A DNA stretch of 53,239 nucleotides, taken from NCBI GenBank assembly GCA_963771075.1, contig CAVYSE010000015.1, positions 1 to 53,239 of the forward strand. The letters are read 5' to 3'. The translations under genes were made by a program, and so were the position numbers. Each line of letters opens with the position of its first letter. Position 1 is the first letter of the stretch. Of the stretch, positions 38,620-48,365 are shown piece by piece. This DNA is from a candidate division FCPU426 bacterium. Its GTDB lineage: Bacteria > Oederibacteriota > Muellerivitia > Muellerivitales > Muellerivitaceae. Below the pieces are notes generated by a model. That model saw only the letters and a program-made list of their open reading frames with translations. It made no database searches and had not been told where the DNA came from.

Positions 38620-39627
38620 ATGGAAATATTAACCAAGGTTCATGCCCGTAAGCTGACGGATTGGGCCATTAACAAGCCCGAGGTGGTAGTGCTTTCGGCG
38701 GACTTGACCGGGTCCACCGAAGCGGACCTATTCCAGAAGGCCTACCCCCAGCGTTTTTTCTCCATGGGCATCGCGGAGCAAAACATGCTTAGTTTCGCGG
38801 GGGGGATGGCAAGAGAAGGATACGTTCCCTTCATCCACACCTTTGCGGTCTTTATTTACCGCCGGGCTTACGACCAGATTGCCATGTCGGTGGCTTATCC
38901 CAACCTGCCGGTCAAGATGTTCGGGTTTCTTCCCGGGATTCTCACGCCCGGCGGGGCCACCCACCAGGCCATCGAAGATATCTCGGTCATGCGATCCTTG
39001 CCCAACATGACGGTTTTGGAGGTCGGCGACGCCACGGACGCGGAATCGGTTCTGGACGTGGCCTACAAAGTGCCCGGGCCGGTTTACGTGAGGACCCTGC
39101 GGGGGGAATTGCCCCGACTTTTCGACAAGACCGAACCCATGGTGTTCAACCAAGCCCGCCTGCTGAGCCGGGGCGAAGACCTGGCCCTTTTCACTTCCGG
39201 CATCTGTACCGAGGAAGCCCGCAAGGTGGTGGAGGTCCTGAAAGAGAAAGGCTTATCCATCGAGCACCTGCATGTTTCCACCCTGAAGCCCTTCACCGAC
39301 CGCCAGGTGTTGGCGGCGCTGAAAAAGTCCCGCTACGGAGCGATCACACTGGAGAACCATTCGGTCCTCGGGGGCTTGGGAACGGCGGTGGCGGAAATGA
39401 TCGCCGAAGTTGGAATCGGCTGCCGTCTGGTACGGATGGGAATCCAGGATAAGTTCCTTCATGGGGCAAGCCGGCCCACCCTGGCGAAAGAAAACCGGAT
39501 GGATGGAATGTCCCTGGTGGCTGAAATCGAGAAACTGACAAAGAAAAATTTCGGCGTTACGGAAAACGAATTGGGCTCGCTCCATTTGACGCCGGTCCAT
39601 AGTGAATCGAAGGCGGAGGCGCTTTAA
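38620..39627 (+). CDS. Split transketolase, C-terminal subunit
   Basis: ADLTGST, GIAEQNM, RAYDQI, GGATHQAIED, GPVYVR, ENHSVLGGLG. Confidence 0.93.
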   Translation: MEILTKVHARKLTDWAINKPEVVVLSADLTGSTEADLFQKAYPQRFFSMGIAEQNMLSFAGGMAREGYVPFIHTFAVFIYRRAYDQIAMSVAYPNLPVKMFGFLPGILTPGGATHQAIEDISVMRSLPNMTVLEVGDATDAESVLDVAYKVPGPVYVRTLRGELPRLFDKTEPMVFNQARLLSRGEDLALFTSGICTEEARKVVEVLKEKGLSIEHLHVSTLKPFTDRQVLAALKKSRYGAITLENHSVLGGLGTAVAEMIAEVGIGCRLVRMGIQDKFLHGASRPTLAKENRMDGMSLVAEIEKLTKKNFGVTENELGSLHLTPVHSESKAEAL

Positions 39628-40799
39628 TGGGCGAACCCCATCCGTGCCGTCATGAGTTCTGCCGGGATTGCGACCGCTTTGGGGCCTGGTATCGTTTGAG
39701 CGGTCCTTTGGAGGAGGCCCGGGCCAAGGCCAAGGATATCTGCCTGGAGCAGACCGTTGAGTTCCCGGCCGAAATTGTCCCTCCTGGGTTCATCCAGGAC
39801 CAGGTCGTGGGTCAAGTCGCGGATTTTGTTCCCGTCGAGGGATCAAACGGTCTGGAATGGCGGGCCCTGATCACCTTCCTGAATGACGACACCGCAATGG
39901 AACTTACCCAGCTCTTGAACGTCCTGTACGGAAACATCAGCCTTAAAAAAGGTTTCCGCCTGGAAAGGATCAAGGATTGCTTCAATCTTTGGAACAAGTT
40001 CAAGGGCCCCCGGTTTGGGGAGCCGGGTTTCCGGGAACTCCTAGGGATTTACCACCGGCCCATGCTCTGCACCGCCATCAAACCCCTGGGCCTGTCCGCT
40101 TCCGCCCTGGCTGAACTAGCTTATAAGTTCGCCTTGGGTGGCATCGACATCATCAAGGACGACCATGGGCTGACCAATCAACCCTTCGCGCTTTTTTCGG
40201 AAAGGGTGGAACTTTGCGCGGAGGCGGTCGAGAAGGGAAGCCAACGGCTTGGGCGGAAAATCCTATACGCCCCCAACATCACCGCTCCAGCGGGCGAGTT
40301 GGAACACCGGGCCTGGTACGCCAAACGCAAAGGCGCGGGCGCCCTATTGGTCTGCCCGGGTTTGAGCGGGTTTGACGCCATGCGGGCCCTAGCGGAGGAC
40401 GATGAAATAAACCTGCCGATCCTGGCTCATCCCGCCTTTTTGGGAAGTTTTGTGACCAGTTCGGATAACGGCATTTCCCCCTTCGCCCTTTTTGGACAGA
40501 TCATGCGTCTCGCGGGCGCGGATGCCACCATTTATCCTCACTTTGGAGGCCGGTTCGGTTTTACTTTGGATGAATGTCGGGAGATCATGGTGGGCTCTTC
40601 CATTTCAATGGGAAACCTGAAGCCGATCTTTCCCACTCCGGGGGGAGGGATGAGCCTAAAACGAATCCCTGAACTGTTGGAGTTTTACGGCAAGGATGTG
40701 ATCCTTTTGGTCGGTGGGGACCTGATCAAAAACGGTCCAGATATCGTTGATAACTGCCAACTCTTTGTCGAAACGGTCGAAAAGAGAGTTTCCCAATAA
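39627..40799 (+). CDS. RubisCO-like protein (form IV, DeepYkr/R. rubrum MTRu-1P isomerase type)
   Basis: EQTVE, QLLNVLYGN, KPLGL, GGIDIIKDDHGL (KDDH, not KDDE), GADATIYP..GGRF, PTPGGGM; start overlaps the transketolase stop. Confidence 0.92.
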   Translation: MGEPHPCRHEFCRDCDRFGAWYRLSGPLEEARAKAKDICLEQTVEFPAEIVPPGFIQDQVVGQVADFVPVEGSNGLEWRALITFLNDDTAMELTQLLNVLYGNISLKKGFRLERIKDCFNLWNKFKGPRFGEPGFRELLGIYHRPMLCTAIKPLGLSASALAELAYKFALGGIDIIKDDHGLTNQPFALFSERVELCAEAVEKGSQRLGRKILYAPNITAPAGELEHRAWYAKRKGAGALLVCPGLSGFDAMRALAEDDEINLPILAHPAFLGSFVTSSDNGISPFALFGQIMRLAGADATIYPHFGGRFGFTLDECREIMVGSSISMGNLKPIFPTPGGGMSLKRIPELLEFYGKDVILLVGGDLIKNGPDIVDNCQLFVETVEKRVSQ

Positions 40800-40812
40800 A
40801 AACCCAGCAACT

Positions 40813-40887
40813 ACCACGTAGAAGCAGAGTTGCAGAGACGACGTTTAAGCTTGAAAAAACAAAAAAATAACTCCGTGCCTCCGTGGT
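40813..40887. repeat. Degenerate REPIN-like inverted pair
   Basis: ACCACGTAGAAGCAGAG ... CTCCGTGCCTCCGTGGT around an A-rich spacer. Confidence 0.5.
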
Positions 40888-41007
40888 GAATAATGTTTGA
40901 GGTTTATTAACCCATCCAGTTTAACAATAGCCTAACGTTGATTTCGAATCCTTCCATGGTGTAAAACTGACCCTCATTTCGAAGCCGTTCAAAGGGGAAA
41001 CACCGCG

Positions 41008-43284
41008 ATGACCCAAGGTCCCTCCAGCTGGAAAGACATCCTAAAAGATGAGATGCCCGAGGATTGGGCCAAGGAAATTGACGAATATGAGGCCCAGATC
41101 GCCCTCAACAAGCAGGGCAAGATCGAACCCCGGGTCTTCGCGGAGACCCGTTTACGACGTGGAGCCTATGGCCAGCGCTATGACAATGGCCAGCGCAACG
41201 ACGGGCTTCAGATCCGCAAATTGAACTATCCCAACCCCGGCGTCTGGAAGGGCCCGGATACCTATTGGGATGCCCCCGGAATGCTCCGCATTAAGTTCCC
41301 CTGGGGCGGCATGACCGCCGAACAATTGGATATCATCGCCGACCTTGTGGAGGAATATTCCGACGGCATTGCCCATATCACCACCCGCCAGGACATCCAG
41401 CTTCATTATGTCCACATTGAGGATACTCCCGACATTATGCGCCGCCTCGCCGCGGTGGGCATCACCACCCGGGAAGCCTGCGGCAATTCGGTGCGCAACG
41501 TTACGGCCTGCCCCATTGCCGGGGTTTGCCGGACCGAGGCCTTCGACGTCACCCCCTACGCCAAGGCCATATTCCGGTTCATGCTGGGCCATCCGGACGC
41601 CCAAGACTTCGGCCGTAAATTCAAGATCGCCTTCTCGGGTTGCGAAGGCGAGGCCTGCGGTTTGGTGAACATGCACGACATGGGTTTTGTGGCCAAGCTG
41701 ATTCCCGGTTCCAAGGCCCCGGCTTTCGACGTGTTCGTGGGTGGTGGGTTGGGTCCCGTGCCCTATAACGCCAAAAAGCTTTACGAAAACTTGCCGGTGG
41801 ATGAACTGCTCCCGATCACCCAATCCGTGGCCCGGGTTTACGGCCGCTTGGGAGAAAAGAAGATCCGAGGCATGGCCCGTATCAAGTATTTGGTTGCCAA
41901 GCTGGGCATCGAAGAATTCCGCAAGTTGGTCACGGAAGAAAGGGCGAAGCTCACTCCGGATTCCCGCTGGAAAAGCCTCATCGCTCAATTCGTCAAACAA
42001 ATTGAAAGGCCGCTGAAAAAGGCGGACCAGTTGAAGTCCGGCGCTTTCCCGGCGGGGTTTATCGGCTGGCGCAAAAGCAATGTTTACGCCCAACCCCAAT
42101 ATGGTTATGTGACCGTGACCACCAAGGTACCCCTGGGCGATTTGACCTCGGCCCAACTAAGGGTCCTGGCCGATATGGCCCGTAAGTACGTCAGCGAAAC
42201 CGTCCGTACCTCGGTTGAACAAAACCTCCTCTATCGATGGATCAGCGAATCGGACCTGCCCGATTTTTACAATGACCTTCAGTCTATCGGGCTCGCCCAA
42301 GCGGGTGCGGACACCATCGCTGACATCACCTCTTGCCCGGGGACGGATACTTGCAAGCTGGGCATTTCGGCGTCCCGGGGATTGACCCGTGTCATTTCAG
42401 AACAACTGCAGGCCCAATTGGATGAGATGCCCGAGGAGGTCAAAAAGCTCAAGATCAAGGTGAGCGGCTGCCCCAATTCCTGTTCCCAACACCATATCGC
42501 GGACATGGGTTTTTACGGGGTTTCCCGCAAGGCGGGTTCCTATACGGTGCCCCATTTCCAGCTGGTCCTGGGGGGCCAATGGAAAAACAACGGCGGTTCC
42601 TACGGATTGGCGGTTGCCGCCGTTCCTTCCAAACGAATCCCGGAGACCATCAAGCGCTTGACCGAAAAGTACGTAAAGGAACGGAAACCCCAAGAAGCAT
42701 TCCAGGCCTTTATCCAGCGTATTGGCAAGGTGGAAATCCGCAACCTGCTCCAAGACCTCATGGTCATTCCTTCCCATGACGCGGAACCCCAGATATTCAG
42801 CGATTGGGGCGACCCGCGCGAATACACTATCGCCGATATTGGCGTGGGGGAGTGCGCCGGGGAAGTGGTGGCGCCCTACGAGTTTTCACTGACTTCGGCG
42901 GAAAGTGAGTCCTTTGAGGCCCAGGTGAACCTGGAGCAAAACGACCTAAAGGCCGCCAACAAACTCGCTTATGGGTCCATGATCCATGCAGCCGAGGGGG
43001 TCTTGAGAACCCGCAACCGCGAATACACGGGCGACGCGGAGACCACCGTGGACGAGTTCAAAAAATGGTTCTTTGACACGGGCGAGTTCGTCAAGCATGT
43101 GAACAACACCCAGTTCGCAGCCTTTTTGTTCAAGGCCCATGCTAACCTCAAGAACCAAGCCTCCATGGGCTGGGGGAAAGATGAAACCCACCGGCAGGTA
43201 GAAGAAGCCCAATTGTTCTTGGAAGCGGTGCACAGCTATGTCGCGAACGCCGCCCCCTCCCCCGCGCCGATTCCGGGGAAATAG
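41008..43284 (+). CDS. Siroheme-[4Fe-4S] nitrite/sulfite reductase with C-terminal helical extension
   Basis: HITTRQDIQLH, TREACGNSVRN, RKFKIAFSGC, SCPGTDTC...SGCPNSC. Confidence 0.93.
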   Translation: MTQGPSSWKDILKDEMPEDWAKEIDEYEAQIALNKQGKIEPRVFAETRLRRGAYGQRYDNGQRNDGLQIRKLNYPNPGVWKGPDTYWDAPGMLRIKFPWGGMTAEQLDIIADLVEEYSDGIAHITTRQDIQLHYVHIEDTPDIMRRLAAVGITTREACGNSVRNVTACPIAGVCRTEAFDVTPYAKAIFRFMLGHPDAQDFGRKFKIAFSGCEGEACGLVNMHDMGFVAKLIPGSKAPAFDVFVGGGLGPVPYNAKKLYENLPVDELLPITQSVARVYGRLGEKKIRGMARIKYLVAKLGIEEFRKLVTEERAKLTPDSRWKSLIAQFVKQIERPLKKADQLKSGAFPAGFIGWRKSNVYAQPQYGYVTVTTKVPLGDLTSAQLRVLADMARKYVSETVRTSVEQNLLYRWISESDLPDFYNDLQSIGLAQAGADTIADITSCPGTDTCKLGISASRGLTRVISEQLQAQLDEMPEEVKKLKIKVSGCPNSCSQHHIADMGFYGVSRKAGSYTVPHFQLVLGGQWKNNGGSYGLAVAAVPSKRIPETIKRLTEKYVKERKPQEAFQAFIQRIGKVEIRNLLQDLMVIPSHDAEPQIFSDWGDPREYTIADIGVGECAGEVVAPYEFSLTSAESESFEAQVNLEQNDLKAANKLAYGSMIHAAEGVLRTRNREYTGDAETTVDEFKKWFFDTGEFVKHVNNTQFAAFLFKAHANLKNQASMGWGKDETHRQVEEAQLFLEAVHSYVANAAPSPAPIPGK

Positions 43285-43310
43285 CCGCTGTATAAAAAAC
43301 CTGAACTCCC

Positions 43311-43400
43311 GCTACGAAGGGCACAAAGTAAAGGCCAGAAAATTAAAAAACCATAAGATTTAACTTCGTTATCATTGCTGACTATGTGTACTTTGTGGTG
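43311..43400. repeat. Degenerate REPIN-like inverted pair
   Basis: GCTACGAAGGGCACAAAG ... CTATGTGTACTTTGTGGT. Confidence 0.45.
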
Positions 43401-43429
43401 AAAAGTGATTTGTTAATTTAAGGAATCAA

Positions 43430-43999
43430 ATGGACTTTCGAAAAATCAACATCAAGGTCTACCTTGGGAAGGGGGATGAACTCCCTTTAAGGCAATTGAT
43501 CCCCGTTTTTCACCGCTATATCCAAAAAAACCTCTTGGAGGGAATGCTGATCGATGTGGCCGAATATACCCATGTACATCACGGCCCGGGCGTGCTTTTG
43601 ATCGCCCATGAGGGCAATTACAGCCTGGACGAGACCGATGGCAAAAGGGGAATGCTCTACAACCAGAAGAGATCCGAGTCCATCGGCGGGAAGGAGAATC
43701 TGAAAAATTCCTTGCGCCGTGCCCTTATGGCCTGCGACCTTTTGGAAAAGGAACCGGACCTGAAGGCTGGGTTGAAATTCAACCCATCCCGCATGCGGAT
43801 CTTTGTGAACGACCGGCTGGGGAAGATTGGCGATAACCGCGGTTTTTCGGAGTTGGAAGAGATTATCCGCCCTTTGCTCGCCTCGCTAACGGACTCGCCG
43901 GTGAAGCTGGTTCCCGAGATGGATTCCCGGAAACTGGTCTCGTTCGAAGTGGAAATCGAGAAGATCTTGTCCGTTACAGAGCTTTTAGCGAGAATTTAA
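43430..43999 (+). CDS. Hypothetical protein downstream of the reductase
   Basis: AAGGA RBS; IPVFHRYIQ and LIDVAEYTHVHHGPGVLL motifs. Confidence 0.75.
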   Translation: MDFRKINIKVYLGKGDELPLRQLIPVFHRYIQKNLLEGMLIDVAEYTHVHHGPGVLLIAHEGNYSLDETDGKRGMLYNQKRSESIGGKENLKNSLRRALMACDLLEKEPDLKAGLKFNPSRMRIFVNDRLGKIGDNRGFSELEEIIRPLLASLTDSPVKLVPEMDSRKLVSFEVEIEKILSVTELLARI

Positions 44000-44030
44000 T
44001 ATACGGTTTTCACCCTTGTGTTTTTCGGCT

Positions 44031-44813
44031 TCAACTTCTTTTTAAGACTTCTTTTTCCCACAACTTGGCGTATTTGACGAAATCCTGAAAAGCCGAAAGC
44101 CCACAGACGACCAAGCCGTGCCAGCCATCCCGGTAACCTTTCCTAGAGAAATATGACCGGACAAAGGTGAAGACCGGTGCCAGGGTCATGTAATACCACC
44201 AATATTTAATTTTCTTGGGGGAAGAAACCGAAACTTCCAGGTTCGTGTAGTGGTTCATCTTTTCAAGGTATTGGCGGATGTTGTCGTAAGTGTAATGGTT
44301 CATGGGCTCGTCAAATTCCAAGATAGAGCCCTTCACAACCAAACCCTCATGAACCGGCTCCTTTGTATAGGTGCCCATTCCCTTGCGAATGAGCCTTAGT
44401 TGGCAATCAGGCCACCAGCTTCCATGCCTGATCCATTTCCCCAGAAAAAAAGCCTTCCGCTTGAACAAGAAACCATCTACTTCGGGAGGGGTGGATGGAA
44501 CCTTTCGCTCGATTTCGGCGATGAGTTCGGGCGTTAATTCCTCATCTGCGTCCAGGGAAAGGATCCAGTCGCCCCTACAGCGGCCCATGGCCCAGCTTTT
44601 TTGGTCAGCGTAGCCTTTCCAGGGGCGGGAATAGGTTTTCGCCCCGAGGGATTTGGCTAGCTTTAGGGTGCGGTCGGAGCTTTTCGCGTCCACAAGGATG
44701 ATTTCAACGGGGCTGAAGGTTTTCTTGGAGAAGGCCAGGCTTTTCAGGCAACGGGTAATATTTCGTTCTTCGTTTAAGGTGATGATAAAGACCGAAAGGG
44801 AAGGTTTTTTCAT
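44031..44813 (-). CDS. GT2 glycosyltransferase (WaaE/KdtX-like LPS glycosyltransferase)
   Basis: IITLNEE, VD..S.D.T, WILSLDADE, VHE, HYTY. Confidence 0.9.
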   Translation of the reverse strand: MKKPSLSVFIITLNEERNITRCLKSLAFSKKTFSPVEIILVDAKSSDRTLKLAKSLGAKTYSRPWKGYADQKSWAMGRCRGDWILSLDADEELTPELIAEIERKVPSTPPEVDGFLFKRKAFFLGKWIRHGSWWPDCQLRLIRKGMGTYTKEPVHEGLVVKGSILEFDEPMNHYTYDNIRQYLEKMNHYTNLEVSVSSPKKIKYWWYYMTLAPVFTFVRSYFSRKGYRDGWHGLVVCGLSAFQDFVKYAKLWEKEVLKRS

Positions 44814-45775
44814 TCAGCTTTTCCAGGGTGCATTTTTTTCGTCAGGTAAAGGTTGAAGTCGTAGGTCCAGCGGGCATAGAAGGGGAAACGCCATAGTTGT
44901 TCCATGCCGTGTTTCCAAAGGAAATAAGCCTTGGGGTATGCACGGCCGGTCTCAACCGCTTTCTCCACGGTGCTCTGGCCCGGTTCCCGGCCTTGATAGG
45001 CTTTTTCCCAGCCTTTTTTACGGGGCCAAAAGCCAAGGACCCTCATAGCTCTTTTGAGGCCGGTGCTGTAGAAACGGTCTATCTGTAAACCGGAATTTTG
45101 AGCCAGGAGCGAAAGGGATTTGGGACTATAGAAATAGAGATGTCCGTCCATACTGGCTGCCAGATCGCCGATCCGGCGGTAATAATCCTTATAACCATGC
45201 CGGTCCACCCCTCCGTTCGGGACCGCCAAGTAAAGGCGCCCCCCCGGTTTGAGGATGCGGCCAACTTCGGCCATGACCAAGTCCGGGTGGGTCACGTGTT
45301 CCAGGACGTTATTGAAATGGATAAAATCGAAATAGTTCTTCGGATAGCGGGCCTTTTCCAAGGGAACATCCTTCACGGGAATTCCCAGTGTTTTTCTGGC
45401 ATAGACGGCCGCCGCTTTTCCCATTTCCTGTCCGTGAACTTCCCAATCGCAATGCTGACGGATGCCGCTTAAGAAAAAGCCCGTGGCACAGCCGATATCT
45501 AAAATCCTTCCCTTGGGCTGAATTCGGCTTAACAATCGGGACCAGTAAAAACCCTTTCCTTCCTCGCTATGCCGATTGAAATTGTAGTAACCCTGGTTGT
45601 AATAGGTGTTCAGCTCTTTAAGGGTGGGTAGGGGCCACAGGATGGATAGGCCACATAGACCGCATTCCTTGATCGTGCGTTGGTCTCCCCGCAAGAAGGA
45701 AGCGGGCGAATAGTCGGAAAAACTTTTTTCGGATCGACATGCCGGGCAGGGGATCATTCTCGGTTTGGTTGGCAT
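44810..45775 (-). CDS. Class I SAM-dependent methyltransferase with N-terminal Zn-finger
   Basis: CPAC..CGLC, LDIGCATG, NVLEHV, LKPGG; likely start MPTKP at 45775. Confidence 0.88.
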   Translation of the reverse strand: MPTKPRMIPCPACRSEKSFSDYSPASFLRGDQRTIKECGLCGLSILWPLPTLKELNTYYNQGYYNFNRHSEEGKGFYWSRLLSRIQPKGRILDIGCATGFFLSGIRQHCDWEVHGQEMGKAAAVYARKTLGIPVKDVPLEKARYPKNYFDFIHFNNVLEHVTHPDLVMAEVGRILKPGGRLYLAVPNGGVDRHGYKDYYRRIGDLAASMDGHLYFYSPKSLSLLAQNSGLQIDRFYSTGLKRAMRVLGFWPRKKGWEKAYQGREPGQSTVEKAVETGRAYPKAYFLWKHGMEQLWRFPFYARWTYDFNLYLTKKMHPGKAE

Positions 45776-45831
45776 GCGTTTCCTTCCGGCGAAGTTGAAT
45801 GGAACCGGTATTTTACTGGAGTCAGAACCTT

Positions 45832-46311
45832 TTATCCCCCGTATTTCCATCCGGTGGAGGACAAGAGAAGGGGTCCGGGAGCGGGTCCAAGATCAGCTTC
45901 GATCACTTCCGCCACCACGACCGAATGATCTCCACGGTCGATCACATCGGTGGTCTTGCATTCCAAGAACCCCGCCATTCCCGGAAAGACCGGAAAACCC
46001 AAGGATGGGCTCGCGGTGTATTTTTCTCCCGCTAGGCGGCCTTCCGCAGGCTCGACATGCTTGAAGAACTTTTGCGCCAATTCTTTTTGGCCTTCCCCAA
46101 GGTAGTTCAGGACAAAGCTTCCGGCCTCCCGGACGATCTTCAAGGTATGGGAATCCTTCTTGATGGCGGTCACGACCAGGGGAGGCTTGAAGGAAGCCTG
46201 CGTAAGCCAGGTGATGGTCGTGGCTGCGGTTTGCCCGCCAGCCTGGGAAGTCAGGACGTAAAGGGCGTCCGGGATCATTTGTAACAGAGTTTTCTTTGCG
46301 GTTTCATTCAT
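45832..46311 (-). CDS. Flavin reductase-like (FMN-binding split barrel) protein
   Basis: WLTQASFKPP, GDHSVVVAEV, C-terminal YGG. Confidence 0.9.
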   Translation of the reverse strand: MNETAKKTLLQMIPDALYVLTSQAGGQTAATTITWLTQASFKPPLVVTAIKKDSHTLKIVREAGSFVLNYLGEGQKELAQKFFKHVEPAEGRLAGEKYTASPSLGFPVFPGMAGFLECKTTDVIDRGDHSVVVAEVIEADLGPAPGPLLLSSTGWKYGG

Positions 46312-46508
46312 GAGAACCTCTTAGTGGGGGATACCTTGCGATCTTTCACTTGAGGTATTCTTTAGGGATTCGCATTTTTAATCAATATGGAGAGGGCTTT
46401 GGGCCGGGGGAAAAGCCTGGATATTTATGGAGAAAAGGGCCGTAGGGGCGTGTTAAACTTCAAGGCCATTCGAGCATTTTAATCCCACTGATTATTGAAG
46501 GGAAACCC

Positions 46509-47219
46509 TTGGACTTCGCTGAAAACCTCCAAAAACTAATCGACTTACAGGCGGTGGATTCGGGCCTGGACGAATTGGATAAACTGACAAAGCATTTCCG
46601 GGCCGAGATCACATCCTTGGAAACGGCCGCCGTTGAATGCAAAACCCGTCTTCAGGCTGAGAAAAAAAAGCAGGAAGAACTGGCCAAGGGCCGGAAAGCC
46701 TTGGAGATGGAGGCTGGCACCCTTACCAGCAAGATCGAGAAATACCAGGGCCAAGAAGGCGAGGTCAAAAGTAACGAGCAATTCGCCGCCTTGAAGGCCG
46801 AGATCGAGAAGGCCAAGCAGGAAAAGGCCCAAGCGGAGGAAAAGGAACTGGATATTCTTTTCCAGGAGGACGAACAGAAGAAAAAGATCCAGGCGGTAAC
46901 CGAGGAGCTTTCCCGCACTGAAATAAAGGCGGCAGAGGAAAAAAAGGCCCTGGAAATTAAAATAGCGGATTGCGGGAAAGCGGCCCTGGACAAGAAAACG
47001 GACCGACAAGCCAAGCTGGCCCTGTTGGATCCCGAATTCGCCCAGGGTTACGAGGCCTTGCGGCAAAACGGGAAGAAGATCGCCCTTGCTCAAGTTTTGG
47101 AGGACGAGACCTGCAGCGGCTGCCGGATGAGAGTAGCCCCCCAGATCCTCAATGAGATCAACCGCAATTTGTCCATCCAACGTTGTACTTGCGGGCGATA
47201 TCTTTACCGCAAGGATTAA
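46509..47219 (+). CDS. Coiled-coil C4 zinc-ribbon protein (DUF164 / CT398 / HP0958-like)
   Basis: L..LQ.VD, long coiled coil, CSGC...CTCGRYLY. Confidence 0.88.
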   Translation: MDFAENLQKLIDLQAVDSGLDELDKLTKHFRAEITSLETAAVECKTRLQAEKKKQEELAKGRKALEMEAGTLTSKIEKYQGQEGEVKSNEQFAALKAEIEKAKQEKAQAEEKELDILFQEDEQKKKIQAVTEELSRTEIKAAEEKKALEIKIADCGKAALDKKTDRQAKLALLDPEFAQGYEALRQNGKKIALAQVLEDETCSGCRMRVAPQILNEINRNLSIQRCTCGRYLYRKD

Positions 47220-47221
47220 AA

Positions 47222-48190
47222 ATGAGCGTGGCGACGGCAAAAAGAGTTTTGAAGACCGAGGCGGAAGGAATCCTTTCACTGATCCGCCGAACGGGAAGGG
47301 AATTCGATCGGGCCGTAAACCTGATCCTAAAAAGCCGGGGCCGAGTGGTGGTGACCGGAATGGGAAAATCAGGGCTGGTGGGCCGAAAAATCGCGGCGAC
47401 CCTTTCCTCGACCGGTACACCTTCCCACTTCCTCAATCCCGCAGAGGCCCTTCACGGCGACATGGGAACCGCGGCCAAGGGCGATGTGGTCCTGGCCCTT
47501 TCCAACAGCGGTGAGACCGACGAACTAAAGGCCCTACTCCCCGCCTTAAAAAAAATGGGATGCCAGATCATCCTCTTCACGGGAAAGCCCGCATCCAGCC
47601 TCGCCCAATGGGCGAAAGTCATATTGGATGTGGGGGTTAAGAAGGAAGCCTGTCCCTTAAATCTTTCACCGACCGCATCCACTACCGCAGCCCTCGCCAT
47701 GGGAGATGCCTTGGCCATCGCGCTTTTGGAGAAAAACGGGTTCACTGAAAAAGATTTCGCGCAGTTCCACCCCGGAGGCGACCTGGGCCGTCGGCTCCAG
47801 ATGAGGGTTTCGGAAATCATGCGCAAGGGCAAGCAAATGCCCCTCGTCCCGCTTTCGGCGGGGTTCAAGGATGTGGTGCGGGAAATCAACGCGAAGCGGG
47901 TTGGCTGTACTTTGGTCGTGAATCCCCGGGGTCTCCTGACGGGAATCATCGTGGATGGCGACTTGCGAAGAGCCCTCTTGAAAGACCCGGATATTCAAAA
48001 GTGGGGAGCGAAGAGTCTTCGCACTCCGAAGCCGACGACCATTCCTCCGACCCTTTCCCTGGGCCACTGCCTCCAATTGATGGAAGAAAAAGCCATCTTC
48101 CAGTTAATCGTGGTGGACGAGAACAAAAAACCCCTGGGCCTGTTGCACCTTCATGACTTGCTTGGCCGGGGCAGAATCAGCGTGATTTAG
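47222..48190 (+). CDS. kdsD: Arabinose-5-phosphate isomerase
   Basis: GMGKSG, STGTP, EALHGD, PTASTT, FHPGG and two CBS domains. Confidence 0.95.
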   Translation: MSVATAKRVLKTEAEGILSLIRRTGREFDRAVNLILKSRGRVVVTGMGKSGLVGRKIAATLSSTGTPSHFLNPAEALHGDMGTAAKGDVVLALSNSGETDELKALLPALKKMGCQIILFTGKPASSLAQWAKVILDVGVKKEACPLNLSPTASTTAALAMGDALAIALLEKNGFTEKDFAQFHPGGDLGRRLQMRVSEIMRKGKQMPLVPLSAGFKDVVREINAKRVGCTLVVNPRGLLTGIIVDGDLRRALLKDPDIQKWGAKSLRTPKPTTIPPTLSLGHCLQLMEEKAIFQLIVVDENKKPLGLLHLHDLLGRGRISVI

Positions 48191-48365
48191 AGGTTCTGAC
48201 AAAAAAGTCTTTAACCACAGACTGTCTTCGGTGGCGCACATTCTGACTTTCATACAATCTTTATGGAAAGTCGACATGGGGTCCTGTAGAAACCTGTGAT
48301 TCAACTTTGATTTTGTTCGAAATTCTTAACCACTCTTTCCGTTTTTCCTTACAAAGGATGAGGGA

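Noticed and set aside
39627..40799. Carbon-fixing RubisCO
   Set aside because: KDDH replaces KDDE, the protein is short, and there is no prk or small subunit; it fits form IV
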